From the NCBI GenBank assembly GCA_963806185.1, contig CAWDXE010000001.1, positions 288,001-352,000 on the forward strand: 64,000 nt of DNA, in the 5' to 3' direction. The notes below the pieces were generated by a model. It saw only the letters and a list, made by a program, of their open reading frames with translations, did no database searches and had not been told where the DNA came from. Origin of the DNA: an uncultured candidate division Zixibacteria bacterium. GTDB taxonomy: Bacteria > Zixibacteria > MSB-5A5 > GN15 > FEB-12. Positions 29,099 to 38,734 of the stretch are shown here, one piece after another (within the stretch, counting starts at the first letter, position 1; each line of letters begins with the position of its first letter). Position numbers and translations under genes: made by a program.

Positions 29099-30468
29099 CT
29101 AGATTCGGGAACTCTCCTGCTGGGCGAGGCGCTTCAGTTCCAACATACTTGGAAGATTGTGGCGAAAGGATGTACACACGTTCTTGTGTGCGTCTTCCAG
29201 TTCATCAGAGTACAAGGACTTGTATGGGCACCCCCCCATGCACGAGGGCAGAAATGCACATTGCTCACAGCCCATGGGCTGTCCGAAAGCGGTCCATCCC
29301 ACCCATTTCACGTAGTTGTCGGTGAGAGCGATGCCGTCAGGTGTACATGTGCCCACCCGTTTATCTTGCTGGCCTACACTATTCCAACAAGTTTGCACAT
29401 CGCCGTTTGGTTCGATGACATATGATCCTTGTCTGACCGCGGAACATGGGCTGAGAATCCGCGACGGATAGTCCACTTCGGTGAAGCCATTTGCGAATGC
29501 TGCTCTGTAACCCTTCACTAAAAACCGGGCAAACTCCGGCGTATTCATACAACTCGAGCTTCCGCTCAAGCACGAACCGCCAAACTGAAGAACCTGTCCG
29601 AAGCCAATCGAAAAGTTCTTTCGTCGGTGCCAGCCCAGTTCTCTGAGTCGCCAAAAGTAGTCGTCCACGCATGACATGTTCCGCCGATCAACGTTCATTC
29701 GCAAGGAGATGTTGAGCAGTTCCTCATCTGCGATACGCATCAGATTCTCGACTATCTTGTCATAAGTTCCAGCGCCTGAAGTGAGAGGCCGACGCGCGTC
29801 ATTGATTTGTCGGGGGCCATCCAACGTTACTTGAAGGAATCGAACTTGTACCCTACGGACAAATTCCAACCCCTCTGGGTCAAGAAGGTAGCCATTGGTA
29901 ATCATGCCCGCGGAGTAACGAGCTTTCTTCTCACGGCAAATACGATCAAAATCGGTTGTCAGTCGCTCAATAATTGACCGTGCTAGCATCGGTTCACCGC
30001 CGTACCACGTCACCGACAAACAGCCTCTCTCTTCCACAAGTTTCTCACACAGATTGACGATATGCTGACAAATATCGTCCGGCATGGTTCTGGTCTGGAA
30101 CTCGGAAAGTGATTTCAGCGCAGTGTTCTCATAGCAATAATCACACGCAAAATTGCAGGCATACGTCGGGATAATTGTCAGTCCCAGTCCCTTCTGACCA
30201 AACCTCATGGCGTAGTGCGCCGCTCGAATCGCATCCAATTCATCCACATCGGCGGGGGTGATGAATCCACCCTTTCTTAGGTTCGCTACCAAGTCATCCT
30301 GCCCGTCGCCGTTTGACTTCTCCTCGTTCCATCAACGTCACAATACCGCCGGTAGCTCTCCTCATCCATCTCTGCCAGCCCGCAGGTCATGGCGTTGAAG
30401 GCCAGGCGTTTCCCGTTCTCTAGGTCCACAAAGTGATTGTACCGCGACGCCTTCACACGTTCAGCCAT
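29099..30468 (-). CDS. Radical SAM/SPASM peptide maturase with RRE-like N-terminus (frameshift near 30290-30335)
   Basis: CNFACDYC, WYGGEP, ITNGYLL, QVTLDG, SPASM PCSA..GDVQTC..CEQCAFLPSCMGGCP..C; N-terminal KASRYNHF..LAFNAMTCGLAEM lies in the adjacent frame; AGGAGG SD. Confidence 0.9.
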
Positions 30469-30624
30469 AGCTCCGCCCTCCTAACCGGCGACCTTCTCCG
30501 ACTTCGTGCGGCCGTCCGAATGGGCATCCGGAGATGGTCTTCCCACAGTCTCCGGACACCCCCGGACGGTTTCGCAACTTCACGAATCGAAAGATCACCT
30601 GCGTTCAAGTCACGGTCACACAGT

Positions 30625-30642
30625 AATCAAACGACATGCCGA
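30625..30642 (-). promoter_or_regulatory. Candidate sigma54 -24/-12 promoter for the RiPP operon
   Basis: Minus strand TCGGCATGTCGTTTGATT: GG-N10-GA (consensus GG-N10-GC). Confidence 0.5.
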
Positions 30643-30748
30643 TACGGCCTCCCCGCACGCAGAATCCGCTAACCCGTTACTACGTAGAAACATGGTGCGA
30701 CATTGCTGTCTTTGAGAGGAGTTCGATGACGCCACCATTTCGAGTTTG

Positions 30749-30841
30749 TTTACGAATTTCTCGGGGTGATTCGTAAAGGGGTGATTAACCCGTTGTGGCG
30801 CAAGATGCATGATTTGCGAATTGGTTTACGAATTTCGTAAA
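30749..30841. promoter_or_regulatory. Palindromic candidate enhancer (UAS) sites
   Basis: TTTACGAAT-N11-ATTCGTAAA (30749-30777), TTTGCGAATT (30813), TTTACGAA-T-TTCGTAAA (30825-30841). Confidence 0.55.
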
Positions 30842-30862
30842 AGTGGAGGGGTGAGGGAGATC

Positions 30863-32989
30863 TTAGAGATCGCCCTGCTTGAGACGATAACGGATCGTGC
30901 CTTCGCTGATGCCCAGTCGACGCGCAGCCTTGCTCTTATTCCCTCCGCACTCGGCCAGCACGGTCGCGAGCTGGACGTCGTCGGAGATGGCGAGTTCATC
31001 AACAAATGCGCCCGCCATACGAGACAGACTATAGCCTTGCATAACCCAGAGTCGCTTGATTGTGTTTTCAAGCTCGCGGACATTGCCCGGCCAGTCGTGG
31101 TGTCCGAGTGCCTGAACTAATGCGTCAAGCTCTGCGTCATGGTTTGAACAGCAGGCCGCTCCTTGCAAGAAGTGTCGTACCAGCAGTTCAACATCATCCA
31201 ACCGTTCGCGGAGTGGCGGCAACGTCAGCGTGGCCTGATTGAGCCGGTGATAGAGATCGGCCCTAAATTTTCCAGAGCGAGCGCATTCGCGCAGATCGGC
31301 GTTGGTCGCGACGATTAGGCGGAAGGCGACAGGCTGGTCCGTATCGTCGCCCACCCGGCGCACTCGCCGAGTCTCAAGAACTTCCAGAAGCTTGGCTTGC
31401 AGTTCTGGACTGGCCTCACCGATTTCATTGAGAAACAAGGTGCCGTTTTCGGCTTGCCTGATCAACCCTGGGCGGTCTCGTTCGGCTCCGGTGTAAGCCC
31501 CCTTCCGGTGACCGAACAGCTCTGATTCGATCATCGCGGCCGGCAACGTGGTCACATTCTGACTGACAAACGCGCCGGTACAGCCGGAATGCTCATAAAC
31601 ATAGCGAGCCAGCAGGTCCTTGCCGGTGCCGGTTTCCCCGGTAAGAAGCACTGTCATGTCAGTGGGTGCCAAGTTGCGAGCTAGTTCCAGAACAGACGAC
31701 ATGGTCTTGTTGGCGGTGATAATCTGCACCGGTGCAGAGCCGCTGGACGGCTTGACCGGCGGCATAGGCAAAGTCGGGCGATGCAGAGTCTGAAGCGCAA
31801 CCTTCACTTTGTCTATGTATGGTGTGACCTGTTCGGATTCAAAATACTCCTTCGCCAAGAAAAGCAGGGCAATGCTCTCGGCTGGCTCAAACACGCCGGA
31901 GCGAGCGGCCAGATAGCGCGTGACGGCCAGTTCGTAGCGAGACGAAATCTGATTGAACAGGTCGATGGCCCGCCGGAACCAATCGCGAGCCTTGTCCTGC
32001 TTATTATCGTGGGCGGCTACTTGAGCAAAGACGCGCCAGCAGGCGGCGATTTCGAGGCGCTCTCTCTGCTTTTCAGCGGCGGCTAAGCCCTTTGTAGCGT
32101 AATCAAGCGCTAGAGGTACGTTACCATCGGTAAACTCAAGGTCGGCACGCAACCGGCATACCTGCGAAACAAGAACCGAATCGACGGCGATTTCGCCGGC
32201 CAGTGCCTCCGCTTGTCTTAGCGATTTGCGGGACCCAGGCAGGTCGCCGTTCAGGTACTGGACATAACCAAAAATCTCCAAGTGACGGAATCGCTCCCGC
32301 CGTAACTCTGGGGGAAGTATCGAAGCTTCACGAACATGCCGCAATGCACTTTCAAAGTCGCCCAATTGCGCATAGATAAGGGCGCCGCGATGATGATAAT
32401 TGTAGAGCGTGGCGCCCTTAAGCAGTCGCGCGGCACTTTCAGTACACTCGACGTACGACTTCAGGGTTTGGCGAAGTTCACCAGCACGAAGCTGATATGT
32501 GACGAGATTCAATTTGACTGACAGCGCTTCGCCGCATTTGCCTAGATCGTCGAAAACTGACATAGAACGTGTCGCTTGTCGTTTCGCCAGTAGATAATCT
32601 CCAAGCTGAAATGCAATATGCGAGGACAAGTTCAGGCTGCTTGCCATTCCTCGGAGATCGGTGATCGCTTTGTAAAACACAAAAGCTTCGTTAATCGACT
32701 CTTCGGCCTCAGTCAATTCGCCTCGAATCAATTGAATTCGCGCGAGTAGGAACTTTGCCCATGGGAGCAGATCGCGGACCTGAAGAGTCCGAATGATCTG
32801 CAACGCCTCGTCAACACTGGACGTGGAATAGTCGCCAGTAGCAACCAGGGCCTCAGCTCGGTAAAGGAGCGCCGAAGCCTTGATGTACTCGCTTTCAAAC
32901 TCGCTGTTCTGTGTTTCAGCGAGAAGCTGACGAAACGCTTGTGCTTCCAGTAGCTTGCTCAACTGGTTCAGTGACGTTTGATTTAGCAT
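30863..32989 (-). CDS. Sigma54-dependent transcriptional activator (TPR sensor, AAA+, Fis-type HTH)
   Basis: GETGTGKD, ESELFGHRKGAYTGA, LFLNEIGE, FRADLYHRL, WPGNVRELEN, GNKSKAARRLGISEGTIRYRL; about 400 aa helical-repeat N-terminus. Confidence 0.92.
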   Translation of the reverse strand: MLNQTSLNQLSKLLEAQAFRQLLAETQNSEFESEYIKASALLYRAEALVATGDYSTSSVDEALQIIRTLQVRDLLPWAKFLLARIQLIRGELTEAEESINEAFVFYKAITDLRGMASSLNLSSHIAFQLGDYLLAKRQATRSMSVFDDLGKCGEALSVKLNLVTYQLRAGELRQTLKSYVECTESAARLLKGATLYNYHHRGALIYAQLGDFESALRHVREASILPPELRRERFRHLEIFGYVQYLNGDLPGSRKSLRQAEALAGEIAVDSVLVSQVCRLRADLEFTDGNVPLALDYATKGLAAAEKQRERLEIAACWRVFAQVAAHDNKQDKARDWFRRAIDLFNQISSRYELAVTRYLAARSGVFEPAESIALLFLAKEYFESEQVTPYIDKVKVALQTLHRPTLPMPPVKPSSGSAPVQIITANKTMSSVLELARNLAPTDMTVLLTGETGTGKDLLARYVYEHSGCTGAFVSQNVTTLPAAMIESELFGHRKGAYTGAERDRPGLIRQAENGTLFLNEIGEASPELQAKLLEVLETRRVRRVGDDTDQPVAFRLIVATNADLRECARSGKFRADLYHRLNQATLTLPPLRERLDDVELLVRHFLQGAACCSNHDAELDALVQALGHHDWPGNVRELENTIKRLWVMQGYSLSRMAGAFVDELAISDDVQLATVLAECGGNKSKAARRLGISEGTIRYRLKQGDL

Positions 32990-33263
32990 GAGGTTCCCTG
33001 TCAATCCTATCCAGTACCCACGTTTCGAAGCTAATCATTTGACAACAGCAGCTTACGAGAATCCCCGTGATCGGTCTCGGCGGTGTCCGAACGACGTCAA
33101 GCGGATCATCATCCGTCTCCCCACCAATGCCGCTCGCGGGTCGATACGTACTCCTATAATCCTTGGCTGATACTGTAGGTACCACCAGCAACGCGAAAAT
33201 CGCCACCATTCCTATGGCTATCCACTGCGTCGCCGTTTGCCAGAGTGCTCGCATTCGCTTCAT
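32916..33263 (-). CDS. Small secreted protein or peptide upstream of the TPR-sigma54 activator (3' end uncertain)
   Basis: AGGAG..AAGGA SD; MKRMR, hydrophobic core, VSA cleavage site, then KDYRSTYRPASGIGGETDDDPLD. Confidence 0.6.
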   Translation of the reverse strand: MKRMRALWQTATQWIAIGMVAIFALLVVPTVSAKDYRSTYRPASGIGGETDDDPLDVVRTPPRPITGILVSCCCQMISFETWVLDRIDREPHAKSNVTEPVEQATGSTSVSSASR

Positions 33264-33831
33264 ATTCCTTTCACTCCTGTTACCTGATATCAACCCCGCG
33301 ACGTCTGCTTCGCCGCTGTTGGTTACATCAGTTGCCTATCGTCTCTATCAAACAATAGAGAAACTATCAGTGCTGATTGGGCTCGGCGAAAACGATTGCG
33401 CGTGCCTTCGCAACTGGTGTGAGAGGACAGCCTGAGAACGCGTGAGCCGGAATCTCCACGAGTCCCCGCCGGCCACCTGTCATGTATGAAAACATTACGA
33501 CCTAAGGCTATAATCTGTCAAGGGAAAAACGAAGAAAGGACGCTAAAAATGGAAATAGTTATCTCTAACTGATGGCATCAGTGTAGGGGTGAAATGACAC
33601 TGCGTGACAACAATTCGTCACTGCCAATTTTATCGTGAAGCATTACAATCGGTTGGCCATTTCTTGCCACCACACTCGCACAAATCGCTTCCTCGTCGGC
33701 CGCATCTGATCTGCCCCGGGCTGCTTCGGAAATGTTACTGTTACGCTCCGGAAAGGATGCGGATTCGTGCCGCCGATCTAGATTTAAGAGGCACTGTCTC
33801 AGGATGCAAATGATTGATGGGGAGAAGAAAA

Positions 33832-33919
33832 TGGCGGAGAGACTGGGATTCGAACCCAGGAGACGTTTCCGTCTACACGCTTTCCAGGCGTGCGCCTTCG
33901 ACCGCTCGGCCATCTCTCC
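33832..33919 (-). tRNA. tRNA-Ser(GGA)
   Basis: GGAGAGA/TCTCTCC acceptor, CACGC-CTGGAAA-GCGTG anticodon arm, long variable arm, GGTTCGAATCC, encoded CCA. Confidence 0.97.
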
Positions 33920-33946
33920 GGTCATTCAATTGATCTGCCCGGGGTC

Positions 33947-34385
33947 CGGGCGCCACCCGAGGCTCGGGCGCCACCCGAGGCTCGGGCAGAGGCCTAATCT
34001 ATACGCCAGTATATCACCGGGCAAGCCGATTCTTGGATCCTACCCCTGGACCGCAAGGGTCCCGGGCTATTAAGAGAAGAAAACTGAAAGATCGCCACGG
34101 CTCGAAGACGAGCCTCGCGATGACATCGTGATGTTGGTTTACTTTCGGAGATGTCTGATTGGGCCCCCGCTCAAGGCGGGGGTGACATTGGGAAGGCGGG
34201 GGTGACATTTGAGGGATTATCCCAGCTTCGAGGTCACGGGTATTCCTGACCTATATGAAGAACCCTACCCCCGGGATCACAGGGGTCCCGGGCTACCAAG
34301 AGCAGAAGGTCCGTCTGATAGCCGATGTACCCGTTGCGCCCGTGTGGACCCATGGATTCCGGACCTGCGGTCCGGACTGACAATG
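33947..34385. repeat. Cluster of short palindromic and tandem REP-like repeats
   Basis: (GGGCGCCACCCGAGGCTC)x2, CCTACCCC..GGGTCCCGGGCTA x2, (AAGGCGGGGGTGACATT)x2, TCCGGACC-TGC-GGTCCGGA. Confidence 0.65.
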
Positions 34386-34397
34386 GATAAGTCCCGC

Positions 34398-35366
34398 TTA
34401 ACCTTGTTCGGTGTCGGAGGAAGGTTCGGGGTCGCCGAAATACAGAAAGCGCTCCAGCAATTTCACGTACTCCGACCAGCCGGTATTGTGATGTTTGGTC
34501 CGGATACGATCAATCGCCCCCATCTTGGCGTCGATCTCATCGCAATAATACAACACAAACGCCTCCGGCATCTGCGGCAAGACGGGTGTCGCGTTTTCAT
34601 ACTCTCCCTGATGCGACAATACCATGTGGCGGAGTTTCATCAGTAATCTTGGCGGGAAATTCTCGATCTTAGCCGCTCGCTCGCAGACCCATTGATCGGC
34701 CACACAAATATGGCCGACCAGCCGACCCTCGTCACTGTAGTCGATCATCGTCTCGATCGAATACCCCGCCAGCTTGCCGGCGTCGTGAAAAAGTCCGCCA
34801 AATATCAGATAATCCTTGTTGAGCCAATCGTACCCCAGTGCCACCCGCAAGGCCAGTTCGGCCACATTGGCAGAATGTTCCGACAAGCCACCGATAAAGG
34901 CGTGGTGCCAGAGTTTGCCGGCGGGGGCAGTCAGGAATTGGCTCATGAACGAAGGGTCGTTCCAGAACGATTCGGCCAGCGTCCGAATGTAGGTGTTTTC
35001 AATCTTTTCGGTCACCGCCAGCAGGCGGGCCTTGCGCTGTTCATCAGTCTGCGACGAACTGGGCAGCAACTGCGTGAGGGTGTACTCATCGGGCTGGGCC
35101 GGGCGGATGCGCATCACATTGATCTGCCGGCGGCCGTTATATTCACCAACCGCCCCCCGTACTTTCACCACCTGACCCTCGGTCATCTCCGTCAATGACC
35201 ATTGGTCCGGCTCCCACATGACGGCGTTCACCCGGCCCGAGGCTTCCCCCAGTTCCAGTGACAGGAATTGCCCACGGGTGTAGGCGCGAATATCTTTTTT
35301 GCGGACGACGAAGAATCGTTCGATTTTGTCGTCAACGGTGAGGTCTTTGATCGGTTTCTGATCCAT
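34398..35366 (-). CDS. OB-fold + HD domain 3'-5' exoribonuclease, YhaM family
   Basis: OB-fold N-terminus; PAGKLWHHAFIGGLSEH, FHDAGK, GRLVGHI, HMVLSHQG. Confidence 0.88.
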   Translation of the reverse strand: MDQKPIKDLTVDDKIERFFVVRKKDIRAYTRGQFLSLELGEASGRVNAVMWEPDQWSLTEMTEGQVVKVRGAVGEYNGRRQINVMRIRPAQPDEYTLTQLLPSSSQTDEQRKARLLAVTEKIENTYIRTLAESFWNDPSFMSQFLTAPAGKLWHHAFIGGLSEHSANVAELALRVALGYDWLNKDYLIFGGLFHDAGKLAGYSIETMIDYSDEGRLVGHICVADQWVCERAAKIENFPPRLLMKLRHMVLSHQGEYENATPVLPQMPEAFVLYYCDEIDAKMGAIDRIRTKHHNTGWSEYVKLLERFLYFGDPEPSSDTEQG

Positions 35367-35491
35367 GGGATAGGTCCTCCCTCGAATGTCTGCAGGCAAT
35401 ATAATGGGAATTCCCCGCTATTCAAGTGGGTGGTGGGGCCGGGATATTGAAGTTGCCCGGCTTTGTATAAGTCATATATTGGCCTAATCTT

Positions 35492-36820
35492 ATGAAGATC
35501 CTGCAGCGCTACATCCTCAGAGAACACATTGCGCCGTTTTTCTTTGCCTTCTTTACGGTCACTTTTCTGCTCATTGTTGACACTATCCCCCGCATCATCG
35601 ATCACGTGATTGACAAGGATCTGAGTATCTTGGTCGTGCTGGAACTGGTCTGGCTCAATCTGGCGTGGATGATGGCGCTGTCGGTACCGATGGCCGTGCT
35701 GGTGGCGACCCTCATGGCGTTTGGGCGGCTGAGCAGCGATTTTGAGATCACCGCCATCAAAGCGTCGGGCATCAATCTCCTGCACATCATTATCCCTCTG
35801 CTCATTGCCGGCGGGGTGATCACGTTTGGCATGATTCAATTCAACGACAAGGTCCTGCCGGACATGAACAAGAAGTGGCGGCTGTTGTGGGGCGATATTT
35901 CAGCCATGCGACCGACGATGATCTTTCGGTCGAACGCGTTTATTACCGACATCCCGGGGTACATCATTCTGATTGATGACATCAATCATACAACCTCGGA
36001 AGTGCGCGGCGTGCGCATCAACGACACCCGGATGCCAAACAAGCCGCGCATCATTGTGGCTGACCATGGTTTGCTCAAATCGACCGACAACGGCCGCAAC
36101 ATGCAGTTCACGCTGTACGACGGTGAAGTTCACACGCTCGATCTGGCCGAACCGGACAACTATCGCAAAGTGCAGTTTGAGAACCAGGTGATCAATATCG
36201 AGGGGACAGCATCCGAGCTGGTGCGGACCGAATCGGAGACGCGGACGGATCGCGAAAAGGGGATTGACGAAATGCGACAGGATGTCGCGCAGTCGAAGGC
36301 CTCGATGCAATCGGCCCAGGAACGGATCATGACTAACTTTGACAGCCGAGCGGCGTACCTGTTTGCGGACACGTTCGCGTACAACCTGAAGCGCGATACC
36401 ATTTCCGATTCGGCGGCCCTGGCGCTGGTGCGGCAGGATTGCGACGTATTCCTGCGGCATATTGAACGAAATTACCAGCAAATAGATGCCCAGAAGCAAC
36501 AGCGGGACAAATTTCAGATCGAGATCTACAAGAAATACTCGATACCGGCGGCTTCGCTGGCGTTCATCCTGATAGGCGCGCCGCTGGGAATGATGACCCG
36601 GCGATCAGGGATGGGGGTGGCGATCGCCGTTTCGATAATCCTGTTCCTGGTCTACTGGGCATTCTTGATCGGCGGTGAGGATTTGGCCGATCGCGGGCTG
36701 GTGGAGCCGTTCTGGGCGATGTGGAGCGCCAATATTCTAATGGGCGCGATCGGGCTGTATCTCATTTATGTGGTCGTCACGGAGAAGCCGCTCTTCTCCT
36801 GGTTTCGAAGTCAGGCTTAG
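35492..36820 (+). CDS. lptF: LPS export permease LptF-like
   Basis: ILQRYILRE, GRLSSDFEITAIKASGI, EIYKKYSIP..LIGAPLG, WSANIL. Confidence 0.85.
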   Translation: MKILQRYILREHIAPFFFAFFTVTFLLIVDTIPRIIDHVIDKDLSILVVLELVWLNLAWMMALSVPMAVLVATLMAFGRLSSDFEITAIKASGINLLHIIIPLLIAGGVITFGMIQFNDKVLPDMNKKWRLLWGDISAMRPTMIFRSNAFITDIPGYIILIDDINHTTSEVRGVRINDTRMPNKPRIIVADHGLLKSTDNGRNMQFTLYDGEVHTLDLAEPDNYRKVQFENQVINIEGTASELVRTESETRTDREKGIDEMRQDVAQSKASMQSAQERIMTNFDSRAAYLFADTFAYNLKRDTISDSAALALVRQDCDVFLRHIERNYQQIDAQKQQRDKFQIEIYKKYSIPAASLAFILIGAPLGMMTRRSGMGVAIAVSIILFLVYWAFLIGGEDLADRGLVEPFWAMWSANILMGAIGLYLIYVVVTEKPLFSWFRSQA

Positions 36821-36825
36821 CACCC

Positions 36826-37908
36826 ATGTTGAAGACACTTGATCGATATCTGCTTCGCAATTTCCTGCAGTCGTTGTTTGTCGTGCTGCTGGCGGTCGGT
36901 CTGACGTTCATCGTCGTCAACATGGTTGAGCAGCTGCAGGACTTTGTCGATCACAAAGTGCCGTTCCTGAGCATACTCGAGTATTACCTCTACTTCGGCG
37001 GCTGGGTGATCTACCGCTTCTTTCCGCTCTTTGTGCTGCTGGCGGCCTTGTTCAGCATTTCCATTCTGGCTCGCCGTCGCGAAATTCTGGCGATGAAGGC
37101 CTCGGGGTTGTCCCTCTACCGGATAGGAGCGCCGATCATCGTCATGTCCGTCCTGCTCTCGGTGGGGCATTTCTATTACAGTGAATACCTGTTTCCGCCG
37201 GCAAATCAACGCCGCCTGGAACTCAAGGAATATACCATTGAGAATCGAGCGCGCACGGCAGCGGCGATTACCCGCGACGTGCGGAGGCAGATCAACCCGA
37301 ATGATTTCTATACAATTGCCATGTTCAATTCCGACCGGAAAGAAGGTCAGGATTTCAAACTGTACCGGACGAAGAGCAATCAACTGGCGGAGTTCGTTTC
37401 CGCCGGGCGGGTCAGTTATCAGGACAACCGCTGGGTGCTTCACACGGGAATTGTCCGCACCTTTGTGGACACGCTGGAGACCGCGTATCAGAAATTCGAT
37501 TCGCTCGTTGTCCCGGACATCGAGGATCGTCCGGAAGAACTTGCCCAGCGGCTCGGCGATCCGGCCGACATGGGACTTGAGGACCTGAAGCGATACATCG
37601 CCCTGATGAAACGCACAGGCGGGCCGTACTTGCGCGAAACGGTTGATCTCAAACTCAAGTACTCGTACCCGTTTGCGTCGTTCATCGTTGTATTGATAGC
37701 CATTCCGTTCGCTTCCAACCCCCGGCGCGGGGGCGTGGCGGTCTCGTTTGCCGTAGGAGCGTTGATTGCCCTGACGTATTTCGTTTTGTTCCGAGTCATG
37801 CAGGCGGCCGGGTACAACGAGAAGGTGCCGATAGAAATGGCCGTATGGGGAGTGAACGGCCTGTACTTTTTGATTGGACTGATACTGATGCTACGAGCGA
37901 GGAAGTAA
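36826..37908 (+). CDS. lptG: LPS export permease LptG-like
   Basis: TLDRYLLR, REILAMKASGLS, KYSYPFASF; second of a tandem pair. Confidence 0.85.
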   Translation: MLKTLDRYLLRNFLQSLFVVLLAVGLTFIVVNMVEQLQDFVDHKVPFLSILEYYLYFGGWVIYRFFPLFVLLAALFSISILARRREILAMKASGLSLYRIGAPIIVMSVLLSVGHFYYSEYLFPPANQRRLELKEYTIENRARTAAAITRDVRRQINPNDFYTIAMFNSDRKEGQDFKLYRTKSNQLAEFVSAGRVSYQDNRWVLHTGIVRTFVDTLETAYQKFDSLVVPDIEDRPEELAQRLGDPADMGLEDLKRYIALMKRTGGPYLRETVDLKLKYSYPFASFIVVLIAIPFASNPRRGGVAVSFAVGALIALTYFVLFRVMQAAGYNEKVPIEMAVWGVNGLYFLIGLILMLRARK

Positions 37909-38687
37909 TGCCACATCCAGATCACGAGAGGAATCGCGCGACGTGGAACCGGATGGTCGAGATTCACTACGATCACCCGGATTACCGCAAGAAAGAGTTT
38001 CTGGCCGGACTTTCCAAATTGACTCCCATTGAGCGGGAGGCGCTGGGTGACGTGCGCGGCAAGACTCTGCTGCACCTGCAGTGTCAGTTCGGGATGGACA
38101 CGTTGTCATGGGCGCGTGAGGGAGCGATTGTCACCGGCGTGGACATAAGTGATACATCGATTGCCTACGCTGAACGCCTCAAGGAAGAATCGGGCCTGAA
38201 GGGTGATTTTTTTCGCAGCGACGTGCTTGATTTGATCGGTGTCATTCCGCGAAAATTCGACATTGTCTTTCAATCCTACGGCACGTACATGTGGCTCTGC
38301 GATATCCGCAAGTGGGCGGAGGTAGTGGCACACTATCTGAATCCCGGCGGTACTTTCTTTATTGTCGACGAACACCCGATCAACAGCTTGTTCATTGAGC
38401 CTCGGCGAAGCTACTTCCACCAGGGACCGGATCGCGATCCAAACGCACCCGATTACTGCAATCGGAATATCCGGGTAGGTGAACACGTTGAATGGCAGCA
38501 TCCATTGTCGTCCATCATTAACGCCCTGATTGACGCGGGCCTGGAAATCCAGCATATGGGAGAATACAACAAAGGGTACTATGCCCAGGACGAGACGTGG
38601 ACGAAAGCCGAGGACGGTTTCTACTACCCTCCGTCGGGCCCGCTTGACTACCCATACCTTTTTTCGATTAAGGCGCGCAAAAAATGA
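37908..38687 (+). CDS. Class I SAM-dependent methyltransferase
   Basis: GKTLLHLQCQFGMDTLSWAREGA..GVDIS, LNPGG; TAATG coupling to lptG. Confidence 0.88.
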   Translation: MPHPDHERNRATWNRMVEIHYDHPDYRKKEFLAGLSKLTPIEREALGDVRGKTLLHLQCQFGMDTLSWAREGAIVTGVDISDTSIAYAERLKEESGLKGDFFRSDVLDLIGVIPRKFDIVFQSYGTYMWLCDIRKWAEVVAHYLNPGGTFFIVDEHPINSLFIEPRRSYFHQGPDRDPNAPDYCNRNIRVGEHVEWQHPLSSIINALIDAGLEIQHMGEYNKGYYAQDETWTKAEDGFYYPPSGPLDYPYLFSIKARKK

Positions 38688-38734
38688 ACGCCGTCCCATT
38701 CCGGCGACGGCGCTCGTAGTTCTCTGATTCACCG

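Noticed and set aside
33578..34073. ORFs 33578-33925 and 33732-34073
   Set aside because: They are translations across the tRNA-Ser gene
33947..34385. Possible CRISPR array
   Set aside because: Each unit occurs only twice, with no regular unique spacers and no cas genes
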